DNA of 62,794 bases, filler included, from Folioceros fuciformis (Eukaryota), in assembly GCA_049999805.1 (NCBI GenBank). It is 6 parts of 6 records of this genome, joined end to end, with 100 filler letters (N's around TTAATTAATTAA, not from the genome) between each part and the next. Parts side by side here need not be neighbours in the genome. Positions count along the whole stretch, not along the records: positions 1 to 10,795 come from JBNGIO010001761.1; positions 10,896 to 18,627 come from JBNGIO010001762.1; 4 more parts are not named here. One strand, given 5' to 3'. Of this stretch, positions 1-14,690 are shown in pieces (position 1 is the first letter of the stretch; the number at the start of each line of letters is the position of its first letter). The translations under genes were made by a program, and so were the position numbers. The notes below the pieces were generated by a model that saw nothing but the letters and a program-made list of their open reading frames with translations, was not told the origin of the DNA and did no database searches.

Positions 1-547
1 GGATATTCCTACGCGCACACATGTGTGAGAGCTCAGGTGCTTTCCACTTGGAACGACGACTTCCACTTTAAAACGCCAATGGGATTGTGCGGTGGATAAC
101 TGTGGTGTGTAAGGGAGGAAGGATTGTGCTGCGTCAGGTGTCAGGTTTCGACCTGCTCGCTGTGTCACAGCCTCTGCAGCGTGCTTCTGTCCAGAGATTG
201 CACCCTGGACTGGATTAGATTGGCTTGGAGCATGCATTGAGGAGAAATTCTAGGTTGATCGAGGATTCTTGAAGACTATTGGTGTCGGGGTGGAGGAGGA
301 GTGTAGGATAGTATCGTACGGGCTGAGCTTGGACGGAAGTGCGGGGAGGAGGAGCAAGTGTGCGAGCTGGGGCCGGGGCGGCTGTGAGCGTGAATTGGAG
401 GAAAGGGTTGGAGAGTTTCATGAGCGGGGCTAGCGGAGCATGGGCGAAGCCTTTGCTGCGACGGCTACTACGCAAGGTATTGGTTCCGGCGCCCGCGCCC
501 GCGCCCGCGCCTGCACCTGCGCCTTGGCTTGCGCTTGGCGTTTCCAT
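1..547 (-). CDS. Possible 5' part of a minus-strand gene running off the window (exons 547-320 and 99-<1), product unknown
   Basis: ATG at 547 (METPSASQGAGAGAG...QAQP), GT donor at 319, CTGAC/pyrimidine tract/CAG acceptor at 102-100. The phase-0 join stays open to the edge (LSTAQSHWRFKVEVVVPSGK...). No family recognised. Confidence 0.3.
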
Positions 548-1125
548 GAGTCCTCCTTGCCCGTCTACGCTACCGTCTGGGGCGGCGCCTGCGCTGTGGA
601 AGATTCCAGGACGATTATTTCATAAGAGGTTAGATCTCTCGTACCATGAGCCTGGCAGAAATTTAGAGTTGTTGATGTCGCGAATGGGATGCCAGAATAT
701 GCGCAAATTGCGGTAGTGCGTTGCGGTGCACTTCTTGGATGTGTTTAGAAAATATTATATTGTCGGGTGGAGGCCGAGTATGAGTTTGCAAGGGACGTGC
801 GAGGATCGGTCGGGTGGACGATGTGCTTTCTCACTCCCCTGCAGCTTCGATGAGAAAACGTCGGGAAGCGTCGGGCAGGGCCGGCAGGGTGATGCACGCC
901 GAGCGTGCTTAGCGATGACGATTTTGACGTTGGGGTCTGGTGCTGGTCTCTCGAGCAACTGTAGCATGTTGTGTTGGGGGATCGGTTGGGTTGTGGCCCC
1001 GCATCATCGTTGGATGGAAGGATGGTTAGGTTGCAAGATTAGGGTTGCCGTAGGCATCTGAGACTGTAATCTTCCCCTCGGTGTGTCCGCATTCCTGCGC
1101 CTGCTTCCCGTACCGGGGTGTCGTT

Positions 1126-3404
1126 ATGTCCGCTCACTGGGAAATTTGTAGAGCCAGGCTCAGTTTTTGTGCCAAGCAGGAGTCTCTAAAGTGGTCTCAC
1201 GGAAATGTTTCTGTTGCCTTGGCTCTGAGGAGGAGGTACTTGTGGGCCTCTCACGTTTCTCGCATGCGTAACTTTTTCGGCTTTGGGGTCTGAGCGAGGC
1301 AGCAGTTTGTGGACTGATTGCAATTTTGCACCAGGTTTGGATACCGGCCAGCTACTGTCTGCTGCAAGTCGCAGAACCAAATGGAGTCGCATACTCTGAG
1401 CCTCAGGATACCTGTCTCCCATCCACCTGATGTGGTCGTTGCCAACCCAGCCGAATTGGAGAGGAAGAAGAAGGCGATCAGGGCCGCTGGCCTGTCGACA
1501 TTGCAGGTGCTTAGGTTCCTTTACGTCATCTTTTCTCTCTGTAGGCTGTGTTATGTCAGACACGTTCGATTTTGCCGCTGGCATATCTGCCCCTACGTTT
1601 TGGCCCCTGATTCAGTTGCATTGGCGCCTGTGACTTTACGTCTAGGGAGTCTCCAAGTAGCCATTGAACTTGTGCTGAGGGGTAACGCGGTTGACAAATC
1701 ATCAGCGTGGGATCTCATGGTGGGGAATCTCTTGCCTGCGTTTTGCAGGTCATTGCTGACTTTGATAGGACACTCACCAAGTATAGAGTGGATGGTAGAA
1801 AGGGCCAAAGTGAGTGAAACCTATCATTGCTGTCATGTAGTCCTACGTCTCATCGTTTCAAGTGTCACAGTGGCTGCTGGACGCTGTCGTCCCATCTTTG
1901 TTCTTTTTTCTGTTTCTCTACAGCAAACGTTCTAAATCAGCGCTGCTCTTTGTGGTGTTGGAACTGTTCCGAGTAGGTTCTCATGCCCTTCTGTGCCAAG
2001 GAAATGCGGAATACGACATAAAGAGACAGCAGCTGTATGATCATTATTACCCTTTGGAGATATGCCCGACTATTCCAACTGATCAGAAAACTAACCTCAT
2101 GGAAGAATGGTGAGATCTGTTTGCAATGGAATTCCTGGTGGGATTCATGTAGCATGTCTCCTGTTTGCTGACAGTCGTCATTCTGGTACAGGTGGGAAAA
2201 GTCTCACGGTCTTCTGTTGGAGGGCGGTCTTAATTTTCGAAACATAAAGTGCTCTGTAGGAAATGCTCATATTGCCTTTCGGGAAGGCTTGTCTGAACTA
2301 TTGGAGATTCTTGACGTAAGTGAGATGTGTCGACCGCAGGTCTGCTTTGTGTTTGGAAAACAGATGTTACCATTCTTGCAGACACTTCGCTTCTCTGATT
2401 GGATCTTGCTGGAATGTTGTTGTGTGCGCTGCTGAATGTGGGAGTAAGGATCGCACCTGACCTGTTATCATGTTTCATGAGCAGGCCCAAGGCGTTCCAT
2501 GTCTTATTTTTTCAGCTGGCCTCGCGGACATCATTGAAGAGGTATCTCGTGCGTTTTGTGTCCAAACCAAGTGATTTTTTTTCATTGTGAGTGTAGATAT
2601 CCTAGTTGTGGAATCTGTGACGAGACAGGTCACTGGCGGTGCCCTTGGACCAGAAGAACTCACAAGCAACCGGCTTTTGGATTAGGTTATGCGTCAGAAA
2701 CTGCATCGAATCTTTGCTAACGTCAGGGTGGTTTCCAATCGGATGACCTTCGATGAGTTGGGAAATCTAACTGGATTCAAAGGTGAACAATTGATGAAGA
2801 TGGAATTGCGTGTTGTTAGTCGCTAAGTTTGATTTTCTAACTCCGTGTGTTGGTGTGTGCCAGGCCGTACCATTCATGTTCTGAACAAGAACGAACATGC
2901 CCTGGAGATGGCAGGGCCTCTGCACGATGAACAAGGTCATGCTGTGGGACCTGAGAATGAGAACGGTGCCAATGTTGTTAAGGGAAGAACGAATGTCCTA
3001 CTACTCGGTGATCATCTAGGAGATCTGGGAATGTCGGATGGCGTCAATTATGATAACCGAATTTCTGTAGGGTTCCTGTAAGTATCTCCTCGTGGTTGGA
3101 ATTAAAGGAAAAGCTTGGCAGCTCAGGTTTACCCAACTAACCATTTTTGGTATCTGCGTCAGGAACGAAAACGTGGAGAATTGGCTAGAGACTTACAAGG
3201 AGGCGTTTGACATCGTAGTATTGGTATGTATATAGTCTAGATTCATGGTTCGTGTGGTCGAGGATTGCTGCATGGGTGTGTGCTCCATTGCCATGTATTT
3301 GAGCTAGATGCTGACAGCAGCATCTTTCGTCTCGTCCTTGTCTTGTACAGAATGACGGGCCCATGGACTACGTTGTTGAGCTGTTGGAAGAGCTGAGCTC
3401 CTGA
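1126..3404 (+). CDS. Pyrimidine 5'-nucleotidase / cytosolic 5'-nucleotidase III (HAD family), multi-exon, with putative N-terminal targeting extension
   Basis: Spliced translation gives HAD motif I VIADFDRTLT, LMEEWWEKSHGLL, LIFSAGLADIIEE, VVSNRM, NVLLLGDHLGDLGMSDG and ends ...VVELLEELSS* (TGA 3402-3404). Approximate exons: 1126-1235, 1335-1506, 1749-1809, 1978-2109, 2192-2315, 2485-2541, 2686-2782, 2864-3077, 3163-3223, 3351-3404. A second ATG lies at 1381. Confidence 0.9.
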
Positions 3405-4806
3405 CGACGGTGGAAGTGCAAAATTCACGTCAGTACCTCGCTGCCTGCCGTTTGTCTCATTCCTGGCCACGCCCGGCCCACCCACAACTTTTAGGCAAGT
3501 CCAATTGAAAGCGACTCATCGAACATCTCAGTTGTGTACGTATGTCACACCCACAGAAACTCCGTCGGGGCATTAGCATGCCCTGAACCTCTCATCAAGC
3601 AGGTGCCCGAGTCTGACACAAGTACTGTTGCTTCACGCACACGGGATGTGTTCCTTCTCGGCCGACGGTGCAGAGCTTCGAGTAGGGTGGTGCGTAGGCA
3701 GCCCATTTTTTAAGTTTCTCTGTAGTCCAAGCGTATCTCTCATCAGTCAGTTGTTTGCCTGCTGTAGAATCTAGTCCTTGTCACGACGCCTGCAATGGTC
3801 CACAAGAGAGCAGTGCCGTCAGCAGTGTCCAGGGTTGCAGGCTGCCAGTGCCTTTGTGTTGTCCTTTGGCAGCAGCTCTGAGCATCCAGCTTGGAAGCGC
3901 GTGATGTGTCAAAGAGCTCCCCCCATGCAGGTGCCGCGCGGCGTCCCGTCTGGGTCTGCGCTGGCAAATCCAGCGGCTTGTTGTTGTCGCCTTCTCCTTC
4001 GCTCACTCCCCGTCTGGACACGTGACCCCTCTTCCGGGTCAAGGGCATGGGAGCCAGGGAACGCGCTTCGATGCCAAACCCACAGTCTTCGCCGTTTGCT
4101 CGAGAAGGAATGTGGAACGGGATGGGCCGTCGTGCCTGCCCTTGCGGATTCCAAGGGGCCACAAAGATTCCAGGAATGTTGACCAGCCAATGAGCAACAA
4201 GGTTGGAATAAATACACACGTACGCATATATTAAAGTAGGAGGTAAGAGAATCTTCGGTGGGTGTTTCCCTTGTTGATTTCGTGACCGTAGCCGAAGAAC
4301 TATAAGCTACTCCTCGTCAGTAACTGACATGGGGTTCACACAGGCATGATATCTACTAATGTGCTGCTAATGCATCGTAAAACTCAGTGTGGAGTGTAGT
4401 TACGTTTGCATACCTGGCGCCAGGAAGCTTCACCATCGGTCCTTATTAAATGGTGTCGGTAGTACTCGCACAGGCTTGCCAGATCTGCTGCTGCCGGGAG
4501 AGCTGGCTTGCCAGTGTGTCTTGTGGACAAGTGCCTTGCTCCACTGCGCGCGCGTGCGAGGCCGTGTTGGCTTACAAGGCTGACGCGCGCTCATCGGCCA
4601 CGCTATCGGGCAAGGCTGGGCTAGGCTGGGCTGGAGTGTCCTCTGCTCTGCTCTGCTCGTCTTTGCCCTCGACTTCGATTTTTGTATCGGGTCGGGAAGT
4701 CTGTGAGAAGGAAGAAGCGCCTTGTGCTGCCCGCTGTGTGCACTTTGGATTCCCTTCTGGTCGGGCAGGAGGCTGATTGTGTGGAGGAGGTGTGGCAGCT
4801 GCCAAG

Positions 4807-7206
<2,400 letters not shown>

Positions 7207-7465
7207 TCTGAAGTGTCGGACACTCCTTTTTTTTTCGATCATGCTCAGTGGCAGTGTGAACTCTTTGCGGAAGGGGATGTTCTGAAGTTCAGAACGCCAT
7301 TTCTACAAGTGGCAGTAGCAAAAATTTGTTGAATAAAGCCAGAGTCACTGTGTGCATCTTCTGTATTTACTTTATAAGTTGGAGAAAAGAAACTCGAAGT
7401 CGACAGAGAAAGAGACGTTGAAATTCGGTGCTAAGTTTTGTGCAATTTCTCCGGTATTGTTTTCG

Positions 7466-8331
7466 TGCTAGCAAACATGTCTATTCTAGAAACACCCCCT
7501 TCAGCAGGGTTAGGGTAGAACCACGCAGTTAGAAGGAAAAGCAAGAGTTAGGAATAAGTAAAAGCAAGAGTCAGTAAGAAAGAAAAATTAGTCAGTAATT
7601 AAACACCATACACCGCGCTAGGCCTGCACCATACACTACGCTAGGCCTGCACCATGCACTGCGCTAGGCCTACAAGTAGCCTTCGCTATGAGCTTAGTCT
7701 AGAGCTTTAGTCTAGAGCTGAGTTCTTCCTTCTCTTGACCTCCTTCCTCCAACATTTAGTCTAGAAACTTAGTTTACTTCTCTTGACATCCTTCCTCCAA
7801 CATTTAGTCTAGGAACTTAGTTTAATCTAGTAACTTAATTCTTCAGTTAAGAATAAGTAAAAGCAAGAATCAGTAAGAAGGAAAAGTTAGTCAGGCCTAG
7901 TGCAAGTAGGAAAAGTTAGTCAGGCCTAGTGCAAGTAGCCTCTCGCTAGGAGCTGAGTTCTTCCTTCTCTTGACTTCCTTCCTCCAACATTTAGTCTAGG
8001 AACTTAGTTCTTCCTTCTCTTGACCTCCTCTAACATCTACTGTGGGGCTTCCGAGGGCAAAGTAGTATCTGCAAATGTCAAGGCATAGGCACCTGAGATA
8101 TTAAACTAAATTGTACTTAGCCCTTGGTTAGGTCCTCTTTTATACACAAGCTCTAATCCCTAACTTAACAATTATTTATTTAAGCTTTAAGCTATTATTC
8201 ACTACCACACACTTTTCTAGGTCTACATGCTTATCATCCTCAGCAAACTTTCCTAGGTCTGCCTGCTTATCATCTTCAACAACCTGCTCTGCTAAACATG
8301 CTTCTGGAGCTTTCTTATTGCTCTGCTAACA
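7466..8331. repeat. Internally repetitive AT-rich block, possibly a solo-LTR or other TE remnant
   Basis: Repeated CGCTAGGCCT(G/A)CA (3x, 7615-7673), TCTCTTGAC.TCCTTCCTCCAACATTTAGTCTAG (3-4x) and GGAAAAGTTAGTCAGGCCTAGTGCAAGTAG (2x). Minus-strand TATAAAAG near 8140; ends TGCTAGCAAA...TCTGCTAACA. No target-site duplication found. Confidence 0.4.
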
Positions 8332-9358
8332 TGCTTTTCTTCCGGGCACTCATACCAACTTACTGTTCTCCTCAAATCTTTTGATCATTTTCTTAAATCC
8401 CGAATTATAAATTTGTTTGAATTATAAAACATCACTATTTTTCATTTTTCTGTTTGTGGGTTTTTTTTAACATCACAAAATTCTGTTTTTCTGTTTGTGA
8501 GAGTTTTTAAATTTATATTTAAAAAATAAGGTGGAAAAACCATCTATCCCTAAAGACATAAACCATGATAAGTTAACACTATAGGTTAATAGTATTAATA
8601 ACAGCTAAAACATCATGGTCTAGGAGGAGAAAGGGTCTACCTACCTCTACAATTACTACCAATAGAAGCTGAAACATCCAATAGCTAGACAAGATGGTTT
8701 GGGAGGAGAAAGGATCTACTTACCACTAGAGTTGTTTATACCACCTCTCTTGCCAATCTTGTATATGGTATTAGCCAAGATGTGCTAAGCCTATTTTTCC
8801 TACTATGAACCACCTGGGCAAAAGACTTCAGAAACTTTGCCATCATATTTTTAATTTCTATCGATAGTAATTATTCATAAATCGAAACATCAAGCCTACT
8901 AAGCCTATTTGTATGGACTTGTATAGGCAGATAGTGATGGGTTTTTTTCATAGTATATTAGTAAAGTTTTACTTAGAGCAGTAATAAAGCTTTTGGTGTT
9001 TGTGTATGTTTTTGTCTCCTGTCGATACCTTAAGTAAGCAATAATCATCCTTGTCTTGTGGATTGGAGTCATAGGGTGTTTTGCTTTTAGTTCCATAACC
9101 TTTGCCTACCATTTTCTTGCCTACCATTTTCTTGATGCAATTTGGAGATTTAATGGGATACATGGCATAGGCGAATGGATGGAGAATATTGCGCAACCAA
9201 ATTTGGAGAGCTCAGGTCCTTCAGCTGCGCTCTCAATGGAGGAAAAGCATTGGCAGGTGAGAACACGTACTTACATACAGGCCTGATTCGGTGGTAAGTG
9301 CATTGGCGTCAGAGAGAAGTGTAGGTGTTGTTGTTGCAGAACGAATTGACATGAACTA

Positions 9359-10423
9359 ATGACATTCCACCTTGCACCTCAGGGTGAGGGTAGGGCGAAG
9401 ACTGCACATCAGGAAATGCTGGAAAGGCTCTCGGCTTTGCGGGCTCATTGTGCTGAGACAGTACTGGAACCTTTGAAATGGGAAGATGTTGGCAGTTCTT
9501 GGAGCTCTCAGCTAATGTCAATTGAAGAGGTGCTAGAAATGCTCTCTTCTTGGGGGGATGGTGGTGGTAAGGTGGAAAAGAGAGATGTGAGAAGGGTTGG
9601 AAGTCCTTCAAGCTCAGTCCCAGCAGCAGGGAAAAATCCGCAACCAGTTGAGGTTGGACCACATCGAGTTCAGGACGTGCCACGAGGTGTGGAATATCCG
9701 AGAAGATTGACTGTGGAAGATTGTCAAGCGACTTTGGAGGCTAAGGAGGAAGCTATGATGCAAAGAGAGCAAGGAAACGTGGACAAATTCACAGGGCAAG
9801 GAAACGTGGACAAATTCACAGGGCAAGGACTACAGCAGACTGGGACTTTGTTTTCACCGCAGGCCGTAGGCGATGAGCGACGCAGCGAATTATCTTCCGA
9901 GTATGCAAAGGCGAGGTCGAGTCTTATGCGGGAGCTGTACAGTGAGCCTTATGACAAGGTCAAGACAGCGCATCCGAACACGTCCTCAGCAGATGATTGT
10001 GCGCAACTCCCGGATAACTACGAGGCGCTGCTAGACGGAATGAAGACACGCACCAAATGCAGTCATTACAGCGCATTGGAGGATTCGGAAATCGTTTGGC
10101 TGCGGCATCATTTCCGTCTACAGATTGAGCATGGGATTTACGTCAACGTGGATCGTATGCTTCAAAGAGAGGAAGGTGAAGCTATTTGTCTCGAGTGTGA
10201 AAATGACAGAGTTGGGAGGCGCACCACTCTCAAGCGACTGCAGGCAGACGCGGCTCTTGATCTTCTTCCGGACAGTTCTGACCAATCAGCTGAATGGGAG
10301 GAGGAGCTGGGTCGCCACTTGCAAGCTATCGATGAGGCAGATGCGGAAGACGAGATAGGTTCTGCAAATGGCGAAGGCAGAGATGACTACGCAGGCGACG
10401 ATTCGGACGACGACTTCGAGTGA
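9359..10423 (+). CDS. Orphan 354-aa ORF with acidic C-terminus; possibly 5'-disrupted or TE-associated
   Basis: Uninterrupted ORF with a 27-nt in-frame tandem duplication (QGNVDKFTG x2), a CxxC (CLEC) and a D/E-rich tail. A possible upstream exon (about 9179-9256, GT at 9257) cannot be joined to it without meeting a stop. Confidence 0.4.
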   Translation: MTFHLAPQGEGRAKTAHQEMLERLSALRAHCAETVLEPLKWEDVGSSWSSQLMSIEEVLEMLSSWGDGGGKVEKRDVRRVGSPSSSVPAAGKNPQPVEVGPHRVQDVPRGVEYPRRLTVEDCQATLEAKEEAMMQREQGNVDKFTGQGNVDKFTGQGLQQTGTLFSPQAVGDERRSELSSEYAKARSSLMRELYSEPYDKVKTAHPNTSSADDCAQLPDNYEALLDGMKTRTKCSHYSALEDSEIVWLRHHFRLQIEHGIYVNVDRMLQREEGEAICLECENDRVGRRTTLKRLQADAALDLLPDSSDQSAEWEEELGRHLQAIDEADAEDEIGSANGEGRDDYAGDDSDDDFE

Positions 10424-10795
10424 TTTGGGAATACGATAGGGAGAAGGGGAGGACGAAGAAGAAGCTGATACCGAGTGAAAATTGAGTCAAATTCTGGTTC
10501 TGGTGCTTGTGTTTGCGTCGAGGTAGTTGCACGGAGCCTGGTCGTAGAGGTTGTGCGTCTCTGGGATGCACACTGTTGGAAAGGCCGAAAGAAATAGTCA
10601 CAGATTCCAAAACATCGTCAACCAGCCGAACCATAAACAATGTGCCGATCTGAAAAACGGCAGGGCCAGACATGAATTTCCGCCAAAACTCCGCATACAG
10701 CTGTCTGAGAACACTCTTCCAGCCAAAATAGAGAACCCTAGAGATGTTTCTCTGCGCTCCTCCCACTTTCTGCTGCCCTGACGCTAGCCCCCGAC

Positions 10796-10895
10796 NNNNN
10801 NNNNNNNNNNNNNNNNNNNNNNNNNNNNNNNNNNNNNNNTTAATTAATTAANNNNNNNNNNNNNNNNNNNNNNNNNNNNNNNNNNNNNNNNNNNN
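10796..10895. other. Artificial scaffold join (44 N + TTAATTAATTAA + 44 N)
   Basis: Identical 100-nt structure occurs five times; the 12-mer gives stops in all six frames. Confidence 0.97.
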
Positions 10896-11183
10896 ACCCG
10901 AGGCGTCGAGACGTTACCATGGACCATCCACCATGAATGCATCTGAGTTCGCCAGGCTCCAATCTCCGTCGTACAGCAACGGTCTTCGAAAATGAATGCC
11001 ACGTTCCTCAAATATCTGGGACAATAAATGCTAAAGCATCGGTGGGATTTTTCTGCGAAAGTCCGTACTGCCTTTTCGACACTTCTGATATGGGCAATGA
11101 CAGGAGGGATTCGTCACAATTTCTACGTTTGCGAAAATGTTACAAAAATGTTAAATAATGAGACAATATGCCGTATTTCAGGG

Positions 11184-13499
11184 TCAAAACATCCCTTTGA
11201 AAACTGGATTTGTGCGGCAAATGCTGGGTCCGTATTCCTCGTAATCCGCTTTCGTGTGACAGGCCTGCAGCATCGGTCGACATTAGGAACAAAGTGAAAG
11301 GTGGGGTTTCCGGACTACTTACGATATAGACGACAAGTCTCGACTTACAGCGAAGAATTCAGGAGTTGAGGCCAGGACTGATCCGCCAAACCAGACTGCA
11401 AATCGCTGCATGTGGTGGCCCACTACGTTCACATCAATTGCCTGCCCCTGGTCACGAAACACGGATAACATTTCTGAGGGGCTCTGCAAGGATAGTGGTA
11501 ACCACACCCAACGAGAGGAGATGTGGCAGTTCAGTGTACCTTCAGCTCCCCACCATGCCTGCGGTTATCCACGATCTTCTTGATGTCTCGTTGAAGTCTC
11601 CTAGGAAAGTCTTTGAACATTGTAGAACCTCCTGAGAGCACGATGTTCTGGTGCCAAAAGGCAGGAGATTTTAGTGCTCGTGAGCCTGGATCTTTGTCAC
11701 GGTCAGCAAGAGACTTGAAACTCCAACATGTACCAGCTAAAGCATGAAGTACCTTGTATAGTGCACGACGTGTGTCAATCGGGGACGTCTGAATGACCTT
11801 GTCAACTACCTCCGGCAAGGGTGTTGTGAACTCGGTGCTGTATATATCCGGTTGGAAAAAGACCTGCGCCACGTGAAACAGGGTGTAAAGTTGAAAGGTT
11901 TCAACCGGGGGGACCCCAAGGTTTGAACTCTTTGGAGCAGTAAGCACAGGAGCAACCTCAGGAGCAAGAAATCTTTCATAGCCAATCTGACAAGTGTATG
12001 GCGCCCCTGTCTTTGAGTTTGTACTCGTCCAGTGCTTCACATATTTCGCTGGGTCCTTGTTGTGTTTTATATACTCCTGCCATCATACATTGATAAAACA
12101 TTTCCGCTGCATGACAGCATCAGTCAAAGGTAAACCCCACAGACAGGGAACATGCATCAGTTGTCAGAATTATTGTGATTCAGGTGGCAATAGTAGGTCA
12201 ACAACGGTAATCTGTGCTTTTAAATTGGTGTGACGAGGCTACTGCAGCTCAGATCAAAGAGGAAGGAAACCAACTCTACGAGCAAGCACTTATGAGACGA
12301 AAGGACTGGACTGCGCATGCAAGATTCTCCCAAATTAGCTACCTTCGACATGTCAGCACAGGTGTAGCAGTATGCCTCCTTAATACGTCGAGAAACATCC
12401 AAGGAATCCTCAGGTGGTATGGGCTCTCCACGATCCTGCATTAAGCCATGGTTTGGGACGGGGACGATGGTCAGCAAGAAGAGTAAACTACATCCGATGG
12501 TACTCATGCAGACCAACCCGGCTGTGGTGGGAGCAGAACATCTTATAATTACAGTACTGATGGTGTAATTCAAACATATGACTTACTCGCATCATTTTCT
12601 GAATAAACATTGTGAGATCCTTTCCAGCAATAGGAATTGATTTGATGCTGCCGCCCATGACGTACCCATCAGCAACGGGGACGATGTGTGTCACCCCATC
12701 TCCAGCATCCACCACCACTCCGGTCATTTCGCACTGCAAGATCCCAGTTTGTTCAGGACTGACTGGCGACACTCACCCTCTGACTGCAGGGTCCAAACGT
12801 GTCGAGTGCACAACATGTAAACGGGAAGGACAACAGACCTTCGTGGTGGTGTACCCAGCAGCTAGTGCGAGCACAGCTTGCACTGCAATATAGAGCCCTG
12901 GCACGTTAAACGTTTCAAACATGATTTCGCCAGTGTACTCCCTACTCTCCGGTGCTGTAAGCGGGCTCTCGGTCAGAAGAAAGTAGTGGTCCTCTGGATC
13001 ACACCGCAGATAGCTAAAGATACACTGTTGCCAATACCTCTCCATAGTGTCCCAGTTCTCAACCTAAACCACACAAAAAACCAAGTCCTCAGCTCACCCG
13101 CATCCGAAACAGATGAAACTGATCAGAATCACCAGAGCCCCGACCTGGCCATGCCGGATTGGATAACTCAGGGCATACGTGCTGGAATGTGTACGGGCCA
13201 ACGCTTCATCACCGATATAAAAGTCCAGATCCGCCATCACCCCTGCAGTGTGCTGCGCAGTCCATCCCTTTCCCTGACTGCTTGTCTGGCCGAGGAAGGA
13301 CTCATTCACCGCAACAACAGTCGGAATGATGAAGCAAGGTTCCACGTTCCCAGCGAACCCCATCTTCGTATACCTTCACACACATTGCCAAATTCAGACA
13401 CTTCCGGCAACAACGTGCCAGAATCCAATCCAGGAACAAGAGATCCAGAACATCCTACCCCGTGCCATTGTCAATCACCACCGCCGGTCGAGTTGCCAT
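11184..13499 (-). CDS. ARP3: Actin-related protein 3 (Arp2/3 complex), about 10 exons
   Basis: [55 protein letters not shown], and C-terminus [25 protein letters not shown]. Confidence 0.96.
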
Positions 13500-13636
13500 A
13501 CCCAAAATCAGGGCTGTTGAAAGCCGCAAGAGAATTGCCACACGCAGCGACAAGGGGCAAAAGAATTGCCAAGGGAGGTGAAGGCAAGCCAAAATTTTAT
13601 GTATAAATAAATTAAATTTCTTACGATATGTAGCGA

Positions 13637-13709
13637 TCCGTAGTAGTCTAGATGGTTAGGATACCTGGCTTTCACCCAGGCGACCCGGGTTCGAGTCCCG
13701 GCTACGGAA
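13637..13709 (+). tRNA. tRNA-Glu(TTC)
   Basis: Acceptor stem TCCGTAG/CTACGGA, anticodon arm CCTGG-CT-TTC-AC-CCAGG, T-arm CCGGG-TTCGAGT-CCCGG; TTTT about 13 nt downstream. Confidence 0.96.
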
Positions 13710-14051
13710 ACATTCAGAAATTTTGTCGCTCCAGGATTGATTTATTCCTCGTATGTGGGTAATCACCTTCCTAATGGATGGAGAAACAAAGCCATGGGCA
13801 CATGCAGCAAGCATCGACCAACGTGTTAAGGCAAACCAAAGCTCCAGGTTAAGAGACGATCCCTGAAGACGCATTATGAAGCGTGCCAGGCTGGGAGAGT
13901 TTGGTAACCGGACCGTCTAGACTTGTTTACAGATAGCCCATCGAACACTCAGTGGCCCATCGAACAATCATTTGTGGTGATAATCATTTGCCTTTATCAA
14001 ACAAGTTTACATGTTTAGAGCAGGCTATTAGCAAACGAGGCGAGAAATGGC

Positions 14052-14690
14052 CTAAGCACCCCTGCCTGCCTTCCTTGCTTGATTGGCCTCGGACTGCTCG
14101 GCTTTCTCAAACTTCTTTGCTCTCTCCGCGTTGATCTTGTCGGCTTCAGCTTGCTTAGCTTTCTCCGCTTCTTCTCGCTTTTGTTTGGCTTTCTCAGCCT
14201 GCTCCTTCTGAGCCAATTGTCTATCCTCGGCCGCCTTCTTAGCAGCGGCTTTCTCAGCCGCTGCCTTTTGCAAAGCCGCTTGCTCCTTGGCCTTTCGTGC
14301 GGCTTCTTTTTCCTGTGCTGCCTTCTCCTTCTCGGCAGCCACCTTGGCTGCGTTTTCCCTGGCAGCGGCCCTCTTGACCTCTTCCTTCTCCCTTGCAGCA
14401 GCGGCGGCGTTCATTTTCGCTTCACACACCTCAGGAGGCAACTTTAGGTTGTTGATTCTGATGCAGCAATGCCTGGAAAGTTAAACGTGCACGCGTTGTC
14501 GGCTATGTTTGTCCGGTGCGATCTTGCACGTGTCACAAAGCCTATCCTGCTCTTTAGTGCACAGGTTTGGAGAAAAATGTTGTCGTGCCATGGATGACAA
14601 CCGTATTGGACTTGGAGCAATCACATGTTTCTGGCGGCCCGAATAGTGCGCATGAGCCGGTAGAGTGATGCCAGCCGTCCGGAGGGACAT
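14052..14690 (-). CDS. Ala/Lys/Glu-rich coiled-coil hydrophilic protein, probably 2 coding exons; start uncertain
   Basis: Exon about 14457-14052 reads INNLKLPPEVCEAKMNAAAAAREKEEVKRAAARENAAKVAAEKEKAAQEK... It joins in frame, via a phase-2 GT-AG intron of about 73 nt, to upstream MSLRTAG...MARQHFSPNLCTKEQDRLCDT. Confidence 0.55.

Noticed and set aside
4450..4776. Upstream ORF before MIPS as an inositol-sensing uORF
   Set aside because: Its ATG probably lies upstream of the transcription start, and there is no conservation evidence.
10840..10851. TTAATTAATTAA palindrome recurring five times
   Set aside because: Always centred in 44+44 N: an assembly linker with six-frame stops, not biology.
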